Sequence record: MK327931.1
Length of the DNA: 64,000 nt
Direction: 5' to 3' (one strand)
Shown here: positions 20,639-30,922 of the stretch, in pieces
How the letters are laid out: each line of letters starts with the position of its first letter
Numbering within the stretch: the first letter of the stretch is position 1
Translations under genes and position numbers: made by a program
Notes under the pieces: model-generated
Told to the model about the DNA's origin: nothing
Database searches by the model: none
Seen by the model: the letters and a program-made list of their open reading frames with translations, nothing else

Positions 20639-20820
20639 CTCTTAATATCCATAACGGCTATACTAAAATATGTACCAAAATCATCACAATTGATAATGTT
20701 GTTATAGTACTCAATTGGGTTACGCAATGATATATACAATTCAAGCTTAAAATAGTATATATCTGCTGCATTTATATTATAGTGTAGATTAAACCACTCA
20801 TCAAATGTCTTAGGCTGCAT
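20635..20820 (-). CDS. small protein, possible distant MTHEEW relative
   Basis: KTFDEWF N-terminus; similar length. Confidence 0.55.
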   Translation of the reverse strand: MQPKTFDEWFNLHYNINAADIYYFKLELYISLRNPIEYYNNIINCDDFGTYFSIAVMDIKR

Positions 20821-21214
20821 TATATTTATCTTTATAAAAATCCATGATTTTAGTCAACAGTACTGCAATCGTATAATCTAAATCAGGATAAAGTAAATTG
20901 TACTGAAATTCTTCCTCAACACTATAGTTAGTGGTACAGTACTGGTAATCTTTATAACCTATTGAAAAATAATTCGGATACAATGTACAACGAAAGCGAT
21001 AAGCTTCATCTGTCATATAATCATTGTATTCAACACAGAAGTATAGTGATTTTGAATTTAATTCGATAAGCTCAACGAATCCATCAGGTAATGAATGGTT
21101 ATAAATTACTGAATCTTCATTAAACCATTCATAGTATTTTTCCAAAAAATCACTAATGGATACATCCAGACTTTGTATAGGTGGAGTTATGATAATTTGA
21201 ACTTCTTTATTCAT
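20810..21214 (-). CDS. EExFFQxST-motif family protein (divergent)
   Basis: SVEEEFQYNLLYPDL. Confidence 0.65.
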   Translation of the reverse strand: MNKEVQIIITPPIQSLDVSISDFLEKYYEWFNEDSVIYNHSLPDGFVELIELNSKSLYFCVEYNDYMTDEAYRFRCTLYPNYFSIGYKDYQYCTTNYSVEEEFQYNLLYPDLDYTIAVLLTKIMDFYKDKYNAA

Positions 21215-21714
21215 TTCGACCCCTTACTATATTTCACGTATGGGTTATCATACAGATCATAACTTTTTTGTGCACGTTCTTTTCGGCGTTCATACATGAT
21301 TCTATCATACTCTTTAGCTTTCTGATTTGCTTCATTATACAATTTTAAAATTAGCAAAAATGCATCAAGATCGGGATAGTTTGCCGGATTGATAGTACTC
21401 AGCATAAATCGTTCTTCTTCAGTTCTAGCTAAGTCAAATTCATACTTAATAGTTTTATACCCACTCCATTTATATATATGCGTTACTTTATTAGTAAGTA
21501 CATTATATTCAACGAAGTCAGTACTACCATCAAGTACACGAGTAATCTTAATAGATGTACCAATGACAATCTGCACAGAACTCATTTCTGAAGTTTTAAA
21601 GTAATAAATGTTATTACGGCGAAGATTAACTTCTCGATCTCCAATGCGAACATGCTTAATAACTTCCATTAATGGTTCTGGGACACCACGAATCGGCATG
21701 TTAGTATTCCTCAA
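21211..21714 (-). CDS. EExFFQxST-motif family protein
   Basis: TEEERFMLSTINP. Confidence 0.7.
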   Translation of the reverse strand: MRNTNMPIRGVPEPLMEVIKHVRIGDREVNLRRNNIYYFKTSEMSSVQIVIGTSIKITRVLDGSTDFVEYNVLTNKVTHIYKWSGYKTIKYEFDLARTEEERFMLSTINPANYPDLDAFLLILKLYNEANQKAKEYDRIMYERRKERAQKSYDLYDNPYVKYSKGSK

Positions 21715-22270
21715 TAACGGTTAGGAATCTATCCCAACCAGTATAAGTGAAATGATCAAAGTATTGTTTTTCGCCACCTACCATATATACTTCAATTAAA
21801 CCGTGGTCGAAATAATTTTTTGGTTTTTTAACTTCAGTTACGATTGCTTTATGTCTGAAACCATTATAATCAGTATATGTTACAATATCGTGAATTTTGA
21901 TATTATCAGGTGTATAAGTGTTGGCGTTATTATTGAGAACATGAAGATGATGGTCTACGATTTCTTTACTGGAAATTACTCCAAATATGTTACCAGAAAA
22001 TACTTTATTACCATTACAGGTCAATGCCCAGCCATCACCAACTTCAATAGATTCAAATACATAATGTGTGCAAATTTTAGATACATCTGACGTATCCCAG
22101 TAATCACCATCAAGATTGGTGAATTTATAAACAGTTTTGAGTTTTTCGCCATCAAATGAAAGCAATGATACTCCGATAACAACCGTTCCGTCTTTAAGAA
22201 TAATATTAAATTTATTATTTGTATTAAAATATGCTTCTGACTCATATGTGTTGAATTTAATAAAGTTCAT
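21701..22270 (-). CDS. hypothetical protein
   Basis: ORF with AGGAG SD. Confidence 0.75.
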   Translation of the reverse strand: MNFIKFNTYESEAYFNTNNKFNIILKDGTVVIGVSLLSFDGEKLKTVYKFTNLDGDYWDTSDVSKICTHYVFESIEVGDGWALTCNGNKVFSGNIFGVISSKEIVDHHLHVLNNNANTYTPDNIKIHDIVTYTDYNGFRHKAIVTEVKKPKNYFDHGLIEVYMVGGEKQYFDHFTYTGWDRFLTVIEEY

Positions 22271-22317
22271 ATGTTCTCCTTAGTAAGTCATAGTATTATA
22301 TCAGAGTTTCATTGCAC

Positions 22318-22710
22318 TTACCAGCATGTTTTCATAACTTCTGTGATGTAAATCATTTTATCTTTAAGTTCGTGAGGGATGCAAATTTCACCTGGGTTTA
22401 ACGTTGTGTTCTTTTGAAACTCATCTTCTTCGGAATCAGCCAGGTAAAATGGGTGTGTCACAAAGGTATCATCAACTGTACGCTTATTTGGTTTCATTAA
22501 TGCATCATGATTTATAAAATAATAGGCATCAATATCAGGACGGTAATACAAACAATCAACCTTGAAGTTCGGGTGTAACCATAAAGACAACGAATAGGTC
22601 ATTTGGTTACCAATTTGTCTTGGTCCAGTAGTAATTGTATTGATGTTATTTTTATCTTGCACCATTTCATAAATGAAATCTATCATTTCGTGTAGTTCTG
22701 ATTCAGTCAT
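22318..22710 (-). CDS. EExFFQxST-motif family protein (divergent)
   Basis: SEEDEFQKNTTLNP. Confidence 0.65.
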   Translation of the reverse strand: MTESELHEMIDFIYEMVQDKNNINTITTGPRQIGNQMTYSLSLWLHPNFKVDCLYYRPDIDAYYFINHDALMKPNKRTVDDTFVTHPFYLADSEEDEFQKNTTLNPGEICIPHELKDKMIYITEVMKTCW

Positions 22711-22721
22711 TTTATTTCCTT

Positions 22722-22752
22722 AAAAAAATACCCAGTACTTGACTGGGTATTT
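22722..22752 (-). terminator. intrinsic terminator
   Basis: AAATACCCAGT/ACTGGGTATTT arms with a U-tract on the minus strand. Confidence 0.8.
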
Positions 22753-22764
22753 ACAAAGTAACGT

Positions 22765-22914
22765 TTAATCAGATTTCTTTTCGTAATCTGTAAAAACAGT
22801 CAGGATTGTTGCACATAGTGAATCAACTACTGATGCACGTGTGTTATCAAGGTCTTTAGCTAGTGCTTGAATCTCTTGAAGTTTTACTACTAAGTCGATT
22901 TTTTGATTACTCAT
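22765..22914 (-). CDS. small helical protein (49 aa)
   Basis: AGGAG SD, MSNQKIDLVVKLQEIQALAKDLD... Confidence 0.6.
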   Translation of the reverse strand: MSNQKIDLVVKLQEIQALAKDLDNTRASVVDSLCATILTVFTDYEKKSD

Positions 22915-22936
22915 TACTTCTCCTATTGGATGTTTT

Positions 22937-23227
22937 TTAGATATTAATTTTTATACCACTAAGGTCTAGAACTTTTTTATTAGATACTGTTTCTGATTCT
23001 AATTTAGTTTCTTTTACCTCAGTGTTAATATTTACGTCATCTTTGAGAATATCAGGGATAATACCATGTTGAATATCATCGTACATAGAAACAACGGTTT
23101 CGGCACAAGATAACATTTCACGAACTTTGTACTGATAACCCTGTGGTAACTCATTGATGATTTCCATAATATCTAGTAATTTAGTTTGGACATCAATAAG
23201 AATTTTTCTTGATTTTTCTGGTTCCAT
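22937..23227 (-). CDS. hypothetical protein
   Basis: ORF in packed operon. Confidence 0.7.
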   Translation of the reverse strand: MEPEKSRKILIDVQTKLLDIMEIINELPQGYQYKVREMLSCAETVVSMYDDIQHGIIPDILKDDVNINTEVKETKLESETVSNKKVLDLSGIKINI

Positions 23228-23733
23228 TACTCCAACTCCACAACATTACTTTTTTTGGATTTAATCACTGATGGTGGCTCATTAACGCTTGTTTGACCAC
23301 GAAGTGATTTTTCCAACGCAATGATGCGTTTTAAAGTTTTTATTGATGGTCGCTTCTTCGTCAACTCAGCTTTTGCTTCTGAATAATATTTTCTTACATA
23401 TCCATAGGCATAATATTTTGAACCAATGAAAATTTCAGCAACTACTGGATTTGAGTATTGTGTATCAATTCCATCTAGATCCGTGTCTACCGAGTAGAAT
23501 GAAATATTTGTATCACATGCTGAAATTTTAGCCACCAAAAGATTTGCATCGAACTTATCTAAAATTAGAGAAATTGTTTTTTCGGCATCAGCACTATATG
23601 GCATAGCAGACATTAAAAGTTGGAATGTCTTAAAGTACTTACTTCCACTAATCATGGTATTGAAAATCAATCCAATGGTGATTAATGCAAGTGTACCAAT
23701 ACACACAAACAAAAACCAATATTCAACACTCAT
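23227..23733 (-). CDS. membrane-anchored hypothetical protein
   Basis: N-terminal TM segment. Confidence 0.7.
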   Translation of the reverse strand: MSVEYWFLFVCIGTLALITIGLIFNTMISGSKYFKTFQLLMSAMPYSADAEKTISLILDKFDANLLVAKISACDTNISFYSVDTDLDGIDTQYSNPVVAEIFIGSKYYAYGYVRKYYSEAKAELTKKRPSIKTLKRIIALEKSLRGQTSVNEPPSVIKSKKSNVVELE

Positions 23734-23798
23734 TTATAAATCCTCTTACTTTATATGATTAAAATGCCCCATCAAAAATGATGAGGCGGTAAGATAAA

Positions 23799-24008
23799 TT
23801 ACTTACGATTTGCTTTACGCAGTTCAGATAGTTCTTCTTGAAGACTTTTCTTCCATGCAATCAAGTGAGCAAAACGGATTGGCCTTGCACCAGTACCGTG
23901 GAATACTGCTAGAGCTTCTTCTGCTTGATGAATCTGGAATTGAATGTAGTTCACAGTGCGGTCGAAGTCGGTGATATCTAGTACTTGTGCGTTAGTTTCT
24001 TTAGCCAT
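23799..24008 (-). CDS. hypothetical protein
   Basis: ORF followed by a hairpin and T-tract. Confidence 0.7.
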   Translation of the reverse strand: MAKETNAQVLDITDFDRTVNYIQFQIHQAEEALAVFHGTGARPIRFAHLIAWKKSLQEELSELRKANRK

Positions 24009-24123
24009 TTTAATACCCTTTTATTTCTTTTTTATGAAAAACCCTCATCATTGAGGAATGGTTTGCATTTTAATATCTGCCGATAACAAACATTATATCA
24101 CAATATCTGTTCTTGTCCAATTT

Positions 24124-24483
24124 TTAATTATTAGAAAGAACAATTTTTGAAACTGGTAAATCTGTATTATTTACACGTTGTTCATTATATCCATTCTGTA
24201 CAAGAATGTCAATAACTTTAGACTTATCAATTGTAAATGATTCTAACATATCATATCGGTAATAACCAATAGTCTGACTGAACTCATATTTTCCTGGCTG
24301 TTGACGACAACACGTATTTGTTTCAGCCATAATCTTATTGATTAGGTAATATGTTTCAGTACTATCAATATTTGGAATATAGATCTTATCATCAAAATGA
24401 ATTACTTCATGTTTATTCATAGAGTGATTCAATCTCCGCTTTAAGAATGGAAATAATCTCTTTCTGAAGGCCAGTAATTTCAC
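24124..24483 (-). CDS. hypothetical protein (start likely at MNKHEV)
   Basis: ORF in packed operon. Confidence 0.6.
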   Translation of the reverse strand: MKLLAFRKRLFPFLKRRLNHSMNKHEVIHFDDKIYIPNIDSTETYYLINKIMAETNTCCRQQPGKYEFSQTIGYYRYDMLESFTIDKSKVIDILVQNGYNEQRVNNTDLPVSKIVLSNN

Positions 24484-24682
24484 TGTTCAAAGATGATAGT
24501 CGCTTCGATAATGCCATGAATTGCTTTGCATCTTCTTTAGAACGGTCATTTCGTACTTTATCAGAACTCCAGTTAGCATATGATTGCTCATCTTTCCTGT
24601 TAAGGATATCCCAGTCTAAACGTACTAGTTTACGTTCTTTCTTCAGTTCGCTTAAGCGAGATTTCATTTCTTCTTTAGTCAT
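24413..24682 (-). CDS. coiled-coil hypothetical protein
   Basis: Heptad-rich helical ORF. Confidence 0.7.
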   Translation of the reverse strand: MTKEEMKSRLSELKKERKLVRLDWDILNRKDEQSYANWSSDKVRNDRSKEDAKQFMALSKRLSSLNSEITGLQKEIISILKAEIESLYE

Positions 24683-24972
24683 TAAATTGTTCCTTTCATG
24701 AAGTCTGGAATAACGATTACGATAGGAGGATTATACTCTACATAACCATTTTTTGTCAATAGACTTTTAATATCTGAAATCACATTATCATGCTGTTCAA
24801 TATCTTTATCACAAAAGATTTCCAATTCTTTCTGAAACGGTTTTTTAACCGAGATGTTTTGAGTCAGTGTTTGGATTCTCTGTAACATATCAATTGGATC
24901 TGGACTGAACTCATTACCAACATAAAGAGTACCAGATGCATCTTTTTCTAGCAAGACTTCTAAAATTTTCAT
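24682..24972 (-). CDS. hypothetical protein
   Basis: ORF in packed operon. Confidence 0.7.
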   Translation of the reverse strand: MKILEVLLEKDASGTLYVGNEFSPDPIDMLQRIQTLTQNISVKKPFQKELEIFCDKDIEQHDNVISDIKSLLTKNGYVEYNPPIVIVIPDFMKGTI

Positions 24973-25805
24973 TTCGTATCCTTCAATTTACTAAAGTTTT
25001 CTCGTGTAAATCCAGGAACTGGAAAATATACATCACAGTCAACATCAGGATTCATAATTACCATGTCATTACATATTATATCACGAATTTTACTGCCGTC
25101 CACGATTTTTTGCATTAAATCATTCCATTTTTTACGAGAAATAACGAATGTACTAATTATACATAAATCATGTCCACGTTTTGAAATATATCCTAGTACT
25201 TCATTATCGTAAACAACACGTATGGTAACTTTTCCAATTGTAACCCCTCTTACTGGATTAATACTAGTATCTTCAAAAATTAATTCTAATTTAAGTTTAC
25301 CATTCGAAATAAGTGATGAAGTATATTTAGAAACCATTTTATCAATTTCTTGAGTTAAATCATCTCTACCTAGATATTCAAATACAGAATAAGTTAATTC
25401 GTCTGCACCTAACTGTTGGATAGTTGGAAGCTGTGCAACCATATCTAAAGATACAGGTTCGATATATATTCTTTCAATATCAGAAGATTGTACAAATAGA
25501 CAACCATCAGGTGTCGTATCTCTAACAATTTCGGCATAATATGTATAAAGATAAAAAACATTAGACTCGGATGAGTCAGTTTCTACCCAAATCTCAGATT
25601 GTTTCATTTCATCTTTATGAAGAATTCGTTGAGTAAATCCTATGTAAAAACCAAGATATAAATCATCATCAGTTTCAAACGGATTAAACATCAAATACGG
25701 ATATTTGTCAAGGTACTCATTGAACTTACGCTGTACATCTCTATCACAATCCATGATATACTTTCGGAATTCAGAAATGATTATTTTTTCTAATGACATA
25801 ATCAA
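24969..25805 (-). CDS. hypothetical protein
   Basis: 278-aa ORF, no motif recognised. Confidence 0.8.
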   Translation of the reverse strand: MIMSLEKIIISEFRKYIMDCDRDVQRKFNEYLDKYPYLMFNPFETDDDLYLGFYIGFTQRILHKDEMKQSEIWVETDSSESNVFYLYTYYAEIVRDTTPDGCLFVQSSDIERIYIEPVSLDMVAQLPTIQQLGADELTYSVFEYLGRDDLTQEIDKMVSKYTSSLISNGKLKLELIFEDTSINPVRGVTIGKVTIRVVYDNEVLGYISKRGHDLCIISTFVISRKKWNDLMQKIVDGSKIRDIICNDMVIMNPDVDCDVYFPVPGFTRENFSKLKDTK

Positions 25806-25999
25806 TCCTCAAGATGCATGTAGTACATAAACATCGCCAACCATATAAAAAACCCGAAACAACGAAGTAAAATATCAATTGTTGGATCTGTCCCACCATT
25901 AACTTGGTAAACGATTACTGGGATTAAAGCAATAGTAATAGACACAGCACATAAGATGAATGCAACAAACACCTCAAACATAAACTTAATCGTTTCCAT
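25802..25999 (-). CDS. small two-TM membrane protein
   Basis: Two hydrophobic helices. Confidence 0.7.
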   Translation of the reverse strand: METIKFMFEVFVAFILCAVSITIALIPVIVYQVNGGTDPTIDILLRCFGFFIWLAMFMYYMHLED

Positions 26000-26558
26000 T
26001 ATTATCCTTCAATGTGTAGTGTAGTACATCTAAAAAGTTATACATTGATTCATTACGCATAACCTTGATTGTTAAATTACGACAACCCAACATACGTTTG
26101 AGGCGACGCTTCACCGCAGTTAAATCATGTGTACTATTCGTATACAGACCATTAACCTGACCTGGAACAGTTGGCACATGAAGAATGTAATCATAATTCA
26201 TTAGTAAGCGTTGATTATATTTCTTTAATGCTTGCTTGTATTCTGAAATATTTTCAAAGAATGTACAATAACGGTCGTAACGATTCATTTTATTCAAAAT
26301 TGAAATACGAAAAGCGTTACCACTATTCCAATCATCTTCAGTTGGGTTTGGGTTGATATGTGCCATGTTAGCTGTACTGTACCCACCACTTGTGAAAACT
26401 TCAGAATATCCATTCTCAAAAACATACAATGTTGCTTTGTGGCCTCGGAATTCTTTACGGTACTTTGACAGTACTTGAATGTGATTACGCTTGGACTTGT
26501 ACATCTCGTAACCTTCATAATCTGAACTGAATTCACAAATTTTATCAACACCAGCCAT
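25986..26558 (-). CDS. hypothetical protein
   Basis: ORF with GAGG SD; promoter TTGACA-N17-TATAAT upstream at ~26591-26619. Confidence 0.75.
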   Translation of the reverse strand: MAGVDKICEFSSDYEGYEMYKSKRNHIQVLSKYRKEFRGHKATLYVFENGYSEVFTSGGYSTANMAHINPNPTEDDWNSGNAFRISILNKMNRYDRYCTFFENISEYKQALKKYNQRLLMNYDYILHVPTVPGQVNGLYTNSTHDLTAVKRRLKRMLGCRNLTIKVMRNESMYNFLDVLHYTLKDNNGND

Positions 26559-26615
26559 TTCGTATATCCTCGTTTAATTAATATAGGAGTATTATATATA
26601 CTCCATTTTCATGTG

Positions 26616-26759
26616 TCAAGCTTTATAATACGGAAGACTTTTTACTAAAGATTCAGACGTATTATTTTTTACCCATGTACTACCGTTATCATTAGATACG
26701 TATCCAGTACCATTAATAAATTTACGCATAATACCAGTAAAAATATTAGTATACACCAT
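26616..26759 (-). CDS. small protein (47 aa)
   Basis: Hand-translated MVYTNIFTGIMRKFINGTGY...; abuts the upstream stop. Confidence 0.5.
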   Translation of the reverse strand: MVYTNIFTGIMRKFINGTGYVSNDNGSTWVKNNTSESLVKSLPYYKA

Positions 26760-26956
26760 TACTCAGTATCCTTTGGTTTAGAATGTAAACCATACTTTTC
26801 ATCATAACGATCATAGGTAGTACCATTAGTACTAGCTTTGATGCTTTCAGTACGATTGATTGGTTCAATCTTAACACCACGATAACCAATCTCTTCTTTA
26901 AATTGTTCCCATGATTCACGTAAACTCATTTTAGCCCCTTTTGTTATTTCATACAC
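26759..26956 (-). CDS. hypothetical protein
   Basis: ORF in packed operon. Confidence 0.6.
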   Translation of the reverse strand: MYEITKGAKMSLRESWEQFKEEIGYRGVKIEPINRTESIKASTNGTTYDRYDEKYGLHSKPKDTE

Positions 26957-27087
26957 TCACGTAGGTCAATCTTTTCTACTGACCCACCGAGCACTAGATA
27001 GTGAAAATTAGAATCTTTGTTTGCCATATTCAAAAGATCTGCTTTCTGTTGAAGCGTAAAGCGTGAAGTACTGTTACGTACTGGCAT
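26944..27087 (-). CDS. small protein (47 aa)
   Basis: AGGAG SD, MPVRNSTSRFTLQQKADLL... Confidence 0.55.
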   Translation of the reverse strand: MPVRNSTSRFTLQQKADLLNMANKDSNFHYLVLGGSVEKIDLRECMK

Positions 27088-27089
27088 AG

Positions 27090-27533
27090 TTACTCCTTAA
27101 AGTAGATATCACGAATTTGTTTAATCATCTCTAACTCTTGAAGTCCTATCATACCAAAGTCTTCTTGTATTGTCAACTGCTGAAAGTACATTTCCTCTAA
27201 ATTATCATAAGGAATATCCACTAATGATAAAGGAACACGTTCACCACGGTATAGCAGATCTTCAACTAAAAGTTTTAAAATCATGATAGAAAATGAATCT
27301 TTTTGGATATGAAATTTGTAAAATGTCTGGTTAGTACTGAACATTGTATTTGATGGATTGAAACCCATTTCAACAAATACTGTATCTTTATCATTATGTG
27401 TGACATATGTACATCTTGAATTCGCAAGAACTTTAGATTTTGGGAAATAAAAATCACCCATCAACTTCTGTCGTTTCCAATCCTCGTATACAACTGGATG
27501 CTTAACCTTCTTCAATTGGTGCAGTACTGTCAT
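27090..27533 (-). CDS. EExFFQxST-motif family protein
   Basis: LEEMYFQQLTIQEDFG. Confidence 0.75.
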   Translation of the reverse strand: MTVLHQLKKVKHPVVYEDWKRQKLMGDFYFPKSKVLANSRCTYVTHNDKDTVFVEMGFNPSNTMFSTNQTFYKFHIQKDSFSIMILKLLVEDLLYRGERVPLSLVDIPYDNLEEMYFQQLTIQEDFGMIGLQELEMIKQIRDIYFKE

Positions 27534-27913
27534 AGTTTTTTCCAGTCCAATGAATCGAAATCGATTTGCTCAGGATTATCAACAGCGACAACTCGTGCAT
27601 TATGAAGAGTTTCAAAGTAGCCGTTCCACGGTGTTCGTAATGGAACTGTCACATCGCCAACTTTAACCAAGAATGAATATTCTGGTGATATTGGGTCAAA
27701 CCACTCTTTTTGTTTAGCATTTTCAACGATAGTTTCGTGTTCTTTAGTATAGCAATTATCTTGCTTCATATAAAACACCCAATGCTCTTTTAGGCACTGT
27801 AAAGCAGCAACTGCTTCCTCTTTAGAAGACCATTGAATATCAATTGTATTAAGAACGTCATAACAATTTTCAGTGTCCCCTGTAGTATAATGTACTTCAA
27901 TGCTGTATTTCAT
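27530..27913 (-). CDS. hypothetical protein
   Basis: ORF in packed operon. Confidence 0.75.
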   Translation of the reverse strand: MKYSIEVHYTTGDTENCYDVLNTIDIQWSSKEEAVAALQCLKEHWVFYMKQDNCYTKEHETIVENAKQKEWFDPISPEYSFLVKVGDVTVPLRTPWNGYFETLHNARVVAVDNPEQIDFDSLDWKKL

Positions 27914-28368
27914 TAATCATCGCCTTTTAGTAATTTACAAATTTCAATCATATGATAATAACATGTATTCCAAAATTGTCCATTAGTACTTCCAACATCA
28001 TGCACAGTACTTTGCTGGAACACATATTCATCGTTGAACATCATTTTAATATCATCAATGTAAAATTCTGGTTTTGAATCATTATTGTATTCAATACTCG
28101 TTTCACCATCTGGATCAAGTGAAATTGATGATATGTCGTGAATTCCTCTCGGATTTGTTGGATAAATTCTCAACGTAAGAGGATAGAAGTCTGGATCGGT
28201 TTCATAGGTATATTCGATTATGTAATAACCATCACCAGTAATTGATTGATATTTAAATGTAGTTTCAATTGAATTTGAGATGTTATATCCCAGTTTCTTT
28301 ATCTCATGTAGATGTGATAATATTTTATGTAAAGATCCTAAAACATGAATCAAATTATCAATTTTCAT
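27913..28368 (-). CDS. EExFFQxST-motif family protein
   Basis: NDEYVFQQSTVHDVG. Confidence 0.75.
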   Translation of the reverse strand: MKIDNLIHVLGSLHKILSHLHEIKKLGYNISNSIETTFKYQSITGDGYYIIEYTYETDPDFYPLTLRIYPTNPRGIHDISSISLDPDGETSIEYNNDSKPEFYIDDIKMMFNDEYVFQQSTVHDVGSTNGQFWNTCYYHMIEICKLLKGDD

Positions 28369-28907
28369 TTACGATCCTTTGAAAAGTTCAGTTTAAAAGT
28401 TTTACCAAATTCCATTGTAGCTTTACCCAGATTGTTAATATTTTCTTTCAACATTTCTTGCATCTTCCTAATACTTTCAATCCAGGCTTCTTCTTCGATA
28501 CGAAGAATTGGTCGCAATCGTTCCTGAATATCGTTAAAACGTGTATTGAGTTCAACCAATGATTCATATGTGAAATCTTTCATATCGATAATAGTACTTC
28601 TTTGAAAGAATTCTTCTTCAGACAAATTACTTAAAATGATTTTATCACGACCAATAGATAATGTCAATTCATCATCTTTATTTTTTTTAATTACAATACT
28701 AATAGGTGTTTTTAATGTAATACAAATATCATGATTATTAAATGTTTCAGTTTGGTTTGACATTCTGAATTGAAGTTTCCCAGATAAAGCATGTACTGGT
28801 GATGGTTTCTTTTTACCAGTAATAACATCTTCCCATGAATCGAGAATATTATTAATAATTTTAACATAAGGAATTGGCATATATGCACCTATGAAAAATC
28901 CACGCAA
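28365..28907 (-). CDS. EExFFQxST-motif family protein
   Basis: SEEEFFQRSTIIDM. Confidence 0.75.
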   Translation of the reverse strand: MRGFFIGAYMPIPYVKIINNILDSWEDVITGKKKPSPVHALSGKLQFRMSNQTETFNNHDICITLKTPISIVIKKNKDDELTLSIGRDKIILSNLSEEEFFQRSTIIDMKDFTYESLVELNTRFNDIQERLRPILRIEEEAWIESIRKMQEMLKENINNLGKATMEFGKTFKLNFSKDRK

Positions 28908-28922
28908 TGCGTGGATTTGTAA

Positions 28923-29453
28923 TTATTCAAGTATAGTAATTTCAATTAAACGAATTTCGATAAACTCGTTTTCAGTTTCCCATGACGTGCCAAATTTCTT
29001 TTCAAGTTCAGATTTCACATCACTTTTAAATTTTCCCATAGTATTAGGAATAATTTGTTTGGTTAATTTGTCGTAACCACAATAAAACATAGGTTTCTCC
29101 CTTCGAGATATTAGCTGAACAAAATCTTTTGGATATGCAGGTATGTTATGCATCACTTCATGAATACACTCAGTACTTGAATCTTGTACTTTGTACATTA
29201 CATTAAGTTTACCTCTGAAATTTGCGGTCATATCAACAATAGTTCCTTTACCCGATTTAAGTAAAGTTCCATTCTTTGAATGAGAGCAATAAAATACCTC
29301 ATCACCAATATTAGGATAATACAAATTAAATTCTAATTCAGATTTTACAGCCAGCCGTTTGAAACTTTCTGTACGTTTTATATAAGTTTGGTATTTGTTT
29401 ATGTTCAAAAGAATATCTCTCTTAGTAAATGTGATATAACTGGCATAGTCCAT
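28923..29453 (-). CDS. hypothetical protein
   Basis: ORF in packed operon. Confidence 0.7.
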   Translation of the reverse strand: MDYASYITFTKRDILLNINKYQTYIKRTESFKRLAVKSELEFNLYYPNIGDEVFYCSHSKNGTLLKSGKGTIVDMTANFRGKLNVMYKVQDSSTECIHEVMHNIPAYPKDFVQLISRREKPMFYCGYDKLTKQIIPNTMGKFKSDVKSELEKKFGTSWETENEFIEIRLIEITILE

Positions 29454-30265
29454 CCATTCCCAAGCATTTTGTATGCTTGTGTCTTACTAGACACTTTAAA
29501 GAAATCTTCAGGAACACCCTGTAATTTACAACATTCTACTACACTTAAGTGTCTATAGTCAATATTTCTTTTGCCATTCTCTAATAGATATTGACGACTG
29601 ATCACTGGGTCACGAAACACCAATTGTCGTCTGGATTTATTAAAGTACTGGTTACAATCACCACCTTTAAAATAGTTAGCATCTATACAGTACGAAGCGG
29701 TTCTGTCAGTGTACCAACCATCTTCAATAATATCTTGAAGTTTAGGTGCATTGGATAATGCAGGTGGTATAAAAAGCTTATCAGTACTGTACCAGTAATA
29801 TCTCTGCCTGAAGTGAGGCGTATAATGCTGGGAGTTTATCAGTACTGGCGTGATTCCTAAAATACTATTAATGTATTCTTTGAAATCTTCCTTCATTTTA
29901 ACATTTTCAAACAGAAATTTCAAGTTAGGATTGAGACTTTTGATATGATCAAAAATTTCAACCATTACTAAAAATAACTGCCCACGTATATCATTTAAAC
30001 CACCCTGTTTACCTGCAACTGACCAGGCTTGACATGGGAAACCACCCATTAATAAATCTATTTTATCCCACTCAATATCCCATTCTCTCCACTTAGTTAC
30101 ATCACCCAATTGGATAATATCAGGAAAGTTAGCTTGAGATTCAGCTATTGCGTACTTGTCAATTTCGGATGAATAATATTTTTCAACTGGGATACCAGCA
30201 TCTTGCAATGCCATATATCCCACACTCATTCCATTAAAAAGAGAAAGTACTCGGATAGGTTTCAT
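29405..30265 (-). CDS. C5 cytosine DNA methyltransferase (orphan)
   Basis: Motif I (LSLFNG), catalytic GFPCQ, FENV, QRYYW, LGNGW. Confidence 0.92.
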   Translation of the reverse strand: MKPIRVLSLFNGMSVGYMALQDAGIPVEKYYSSEIDKYAIAESQANFPDIIQLGDVTKWREWDIEWDKIDLLMGGFPCQAWSVAGKQGGLNDIRGQLFLVMVEIFDHIKSLNPNLKFLFENVKMKEDFKEYINSILGITPVLINSQHYTPHFRQRYYWYSTDKLFIPPALSNAPKLQDIIEDGWYTDRTASYCIDANYFKGGDCNQYFNKSRRQLVFRDPVISRQYLLENGKRNIDYRHLSVVECCKLQGVPEDFFKVSSKTQAYKMLGNGWTMPVISHLLREIFF

Positions 30266-30317
30266 ATAAAATCCTTTTTATATTGTTAAGGTACTATAAT
30301 ATATTATAGCATCTTAT

Positions 30318-30608
30318 TTAGAAATCTTCCAAACTTTTTTCATCACACCATCGTGATGTACAGATGATTGCAGATGCCAGAATTGAAGCACTTGCACGTC
30401 CTCCACCAAGTAAGTACTGGCTAATTACACCAATCATATTGAACACTTTATCATACTCGGTTAGTTGTTCAAAACCTTTCTTCCAATGCTGATATTCTTC
30501 TTCTGTGACATTAAACTCACCATCAAGTTCCTTTAAAATCTTTTTAAGCACAGCACTATGTTCACTCATCATCATCTCCATATCGTTCGTCATAAAAATC
30601 ATCATCAC
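30318..30608 (-). CDS. hypothetical protein
   Basis: ORF in packed operon. Confidence 0.65.
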   Translation of the reverse strand: MMMIFMTNDMEMMMSEHSAVLKKILKELDGEFNVTEEEYQHWKKGFEQLTEYDKVFNMIGVISQYLLGGGRASASILASAIICTSRWCDEKSLEDF

Positions 30609-30647
30609 GATCTAATGGTTCTTTTGGCTTTTCAGACATATATTTCC

Positions 30648-30908
30648 TCACATGGTAAAGGTATTATCACCATCCATATCTTCATCAGTTGCTTCAGCTA
30701 ATGTCTTGATTGTAAGTAATCCACGCTTCACGTACAACATGAAGACCTTTTCATAATTACCAAACATAATCTCAGGTGACATGTAATTCTCTGTTACAAT
30801 GACGATTGGACGGCCCTGTGAAAGCATACGAAACATAGTACGATATTTGTCAAATGTACGAAATTCATCCATGTTCATCATGTGGCGTTTACGAACTACT
30901 TTAGTCAT
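30648..30908 (-). CDS. hypothetical protein
   Basis: ORF with AGG SD. Confidence 0.7.
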   Translation of the reverse strand: MTKVVRKRHMMNMDEFRTFDKYRTMFRMLSQGRPIVIVTENYMSPEIMFGNYEKVFMLYVKRGLLTIKTLAEATDEDMDGDNTFTM

Positions 30909-30922
30909 CTTATTACCTTTAG

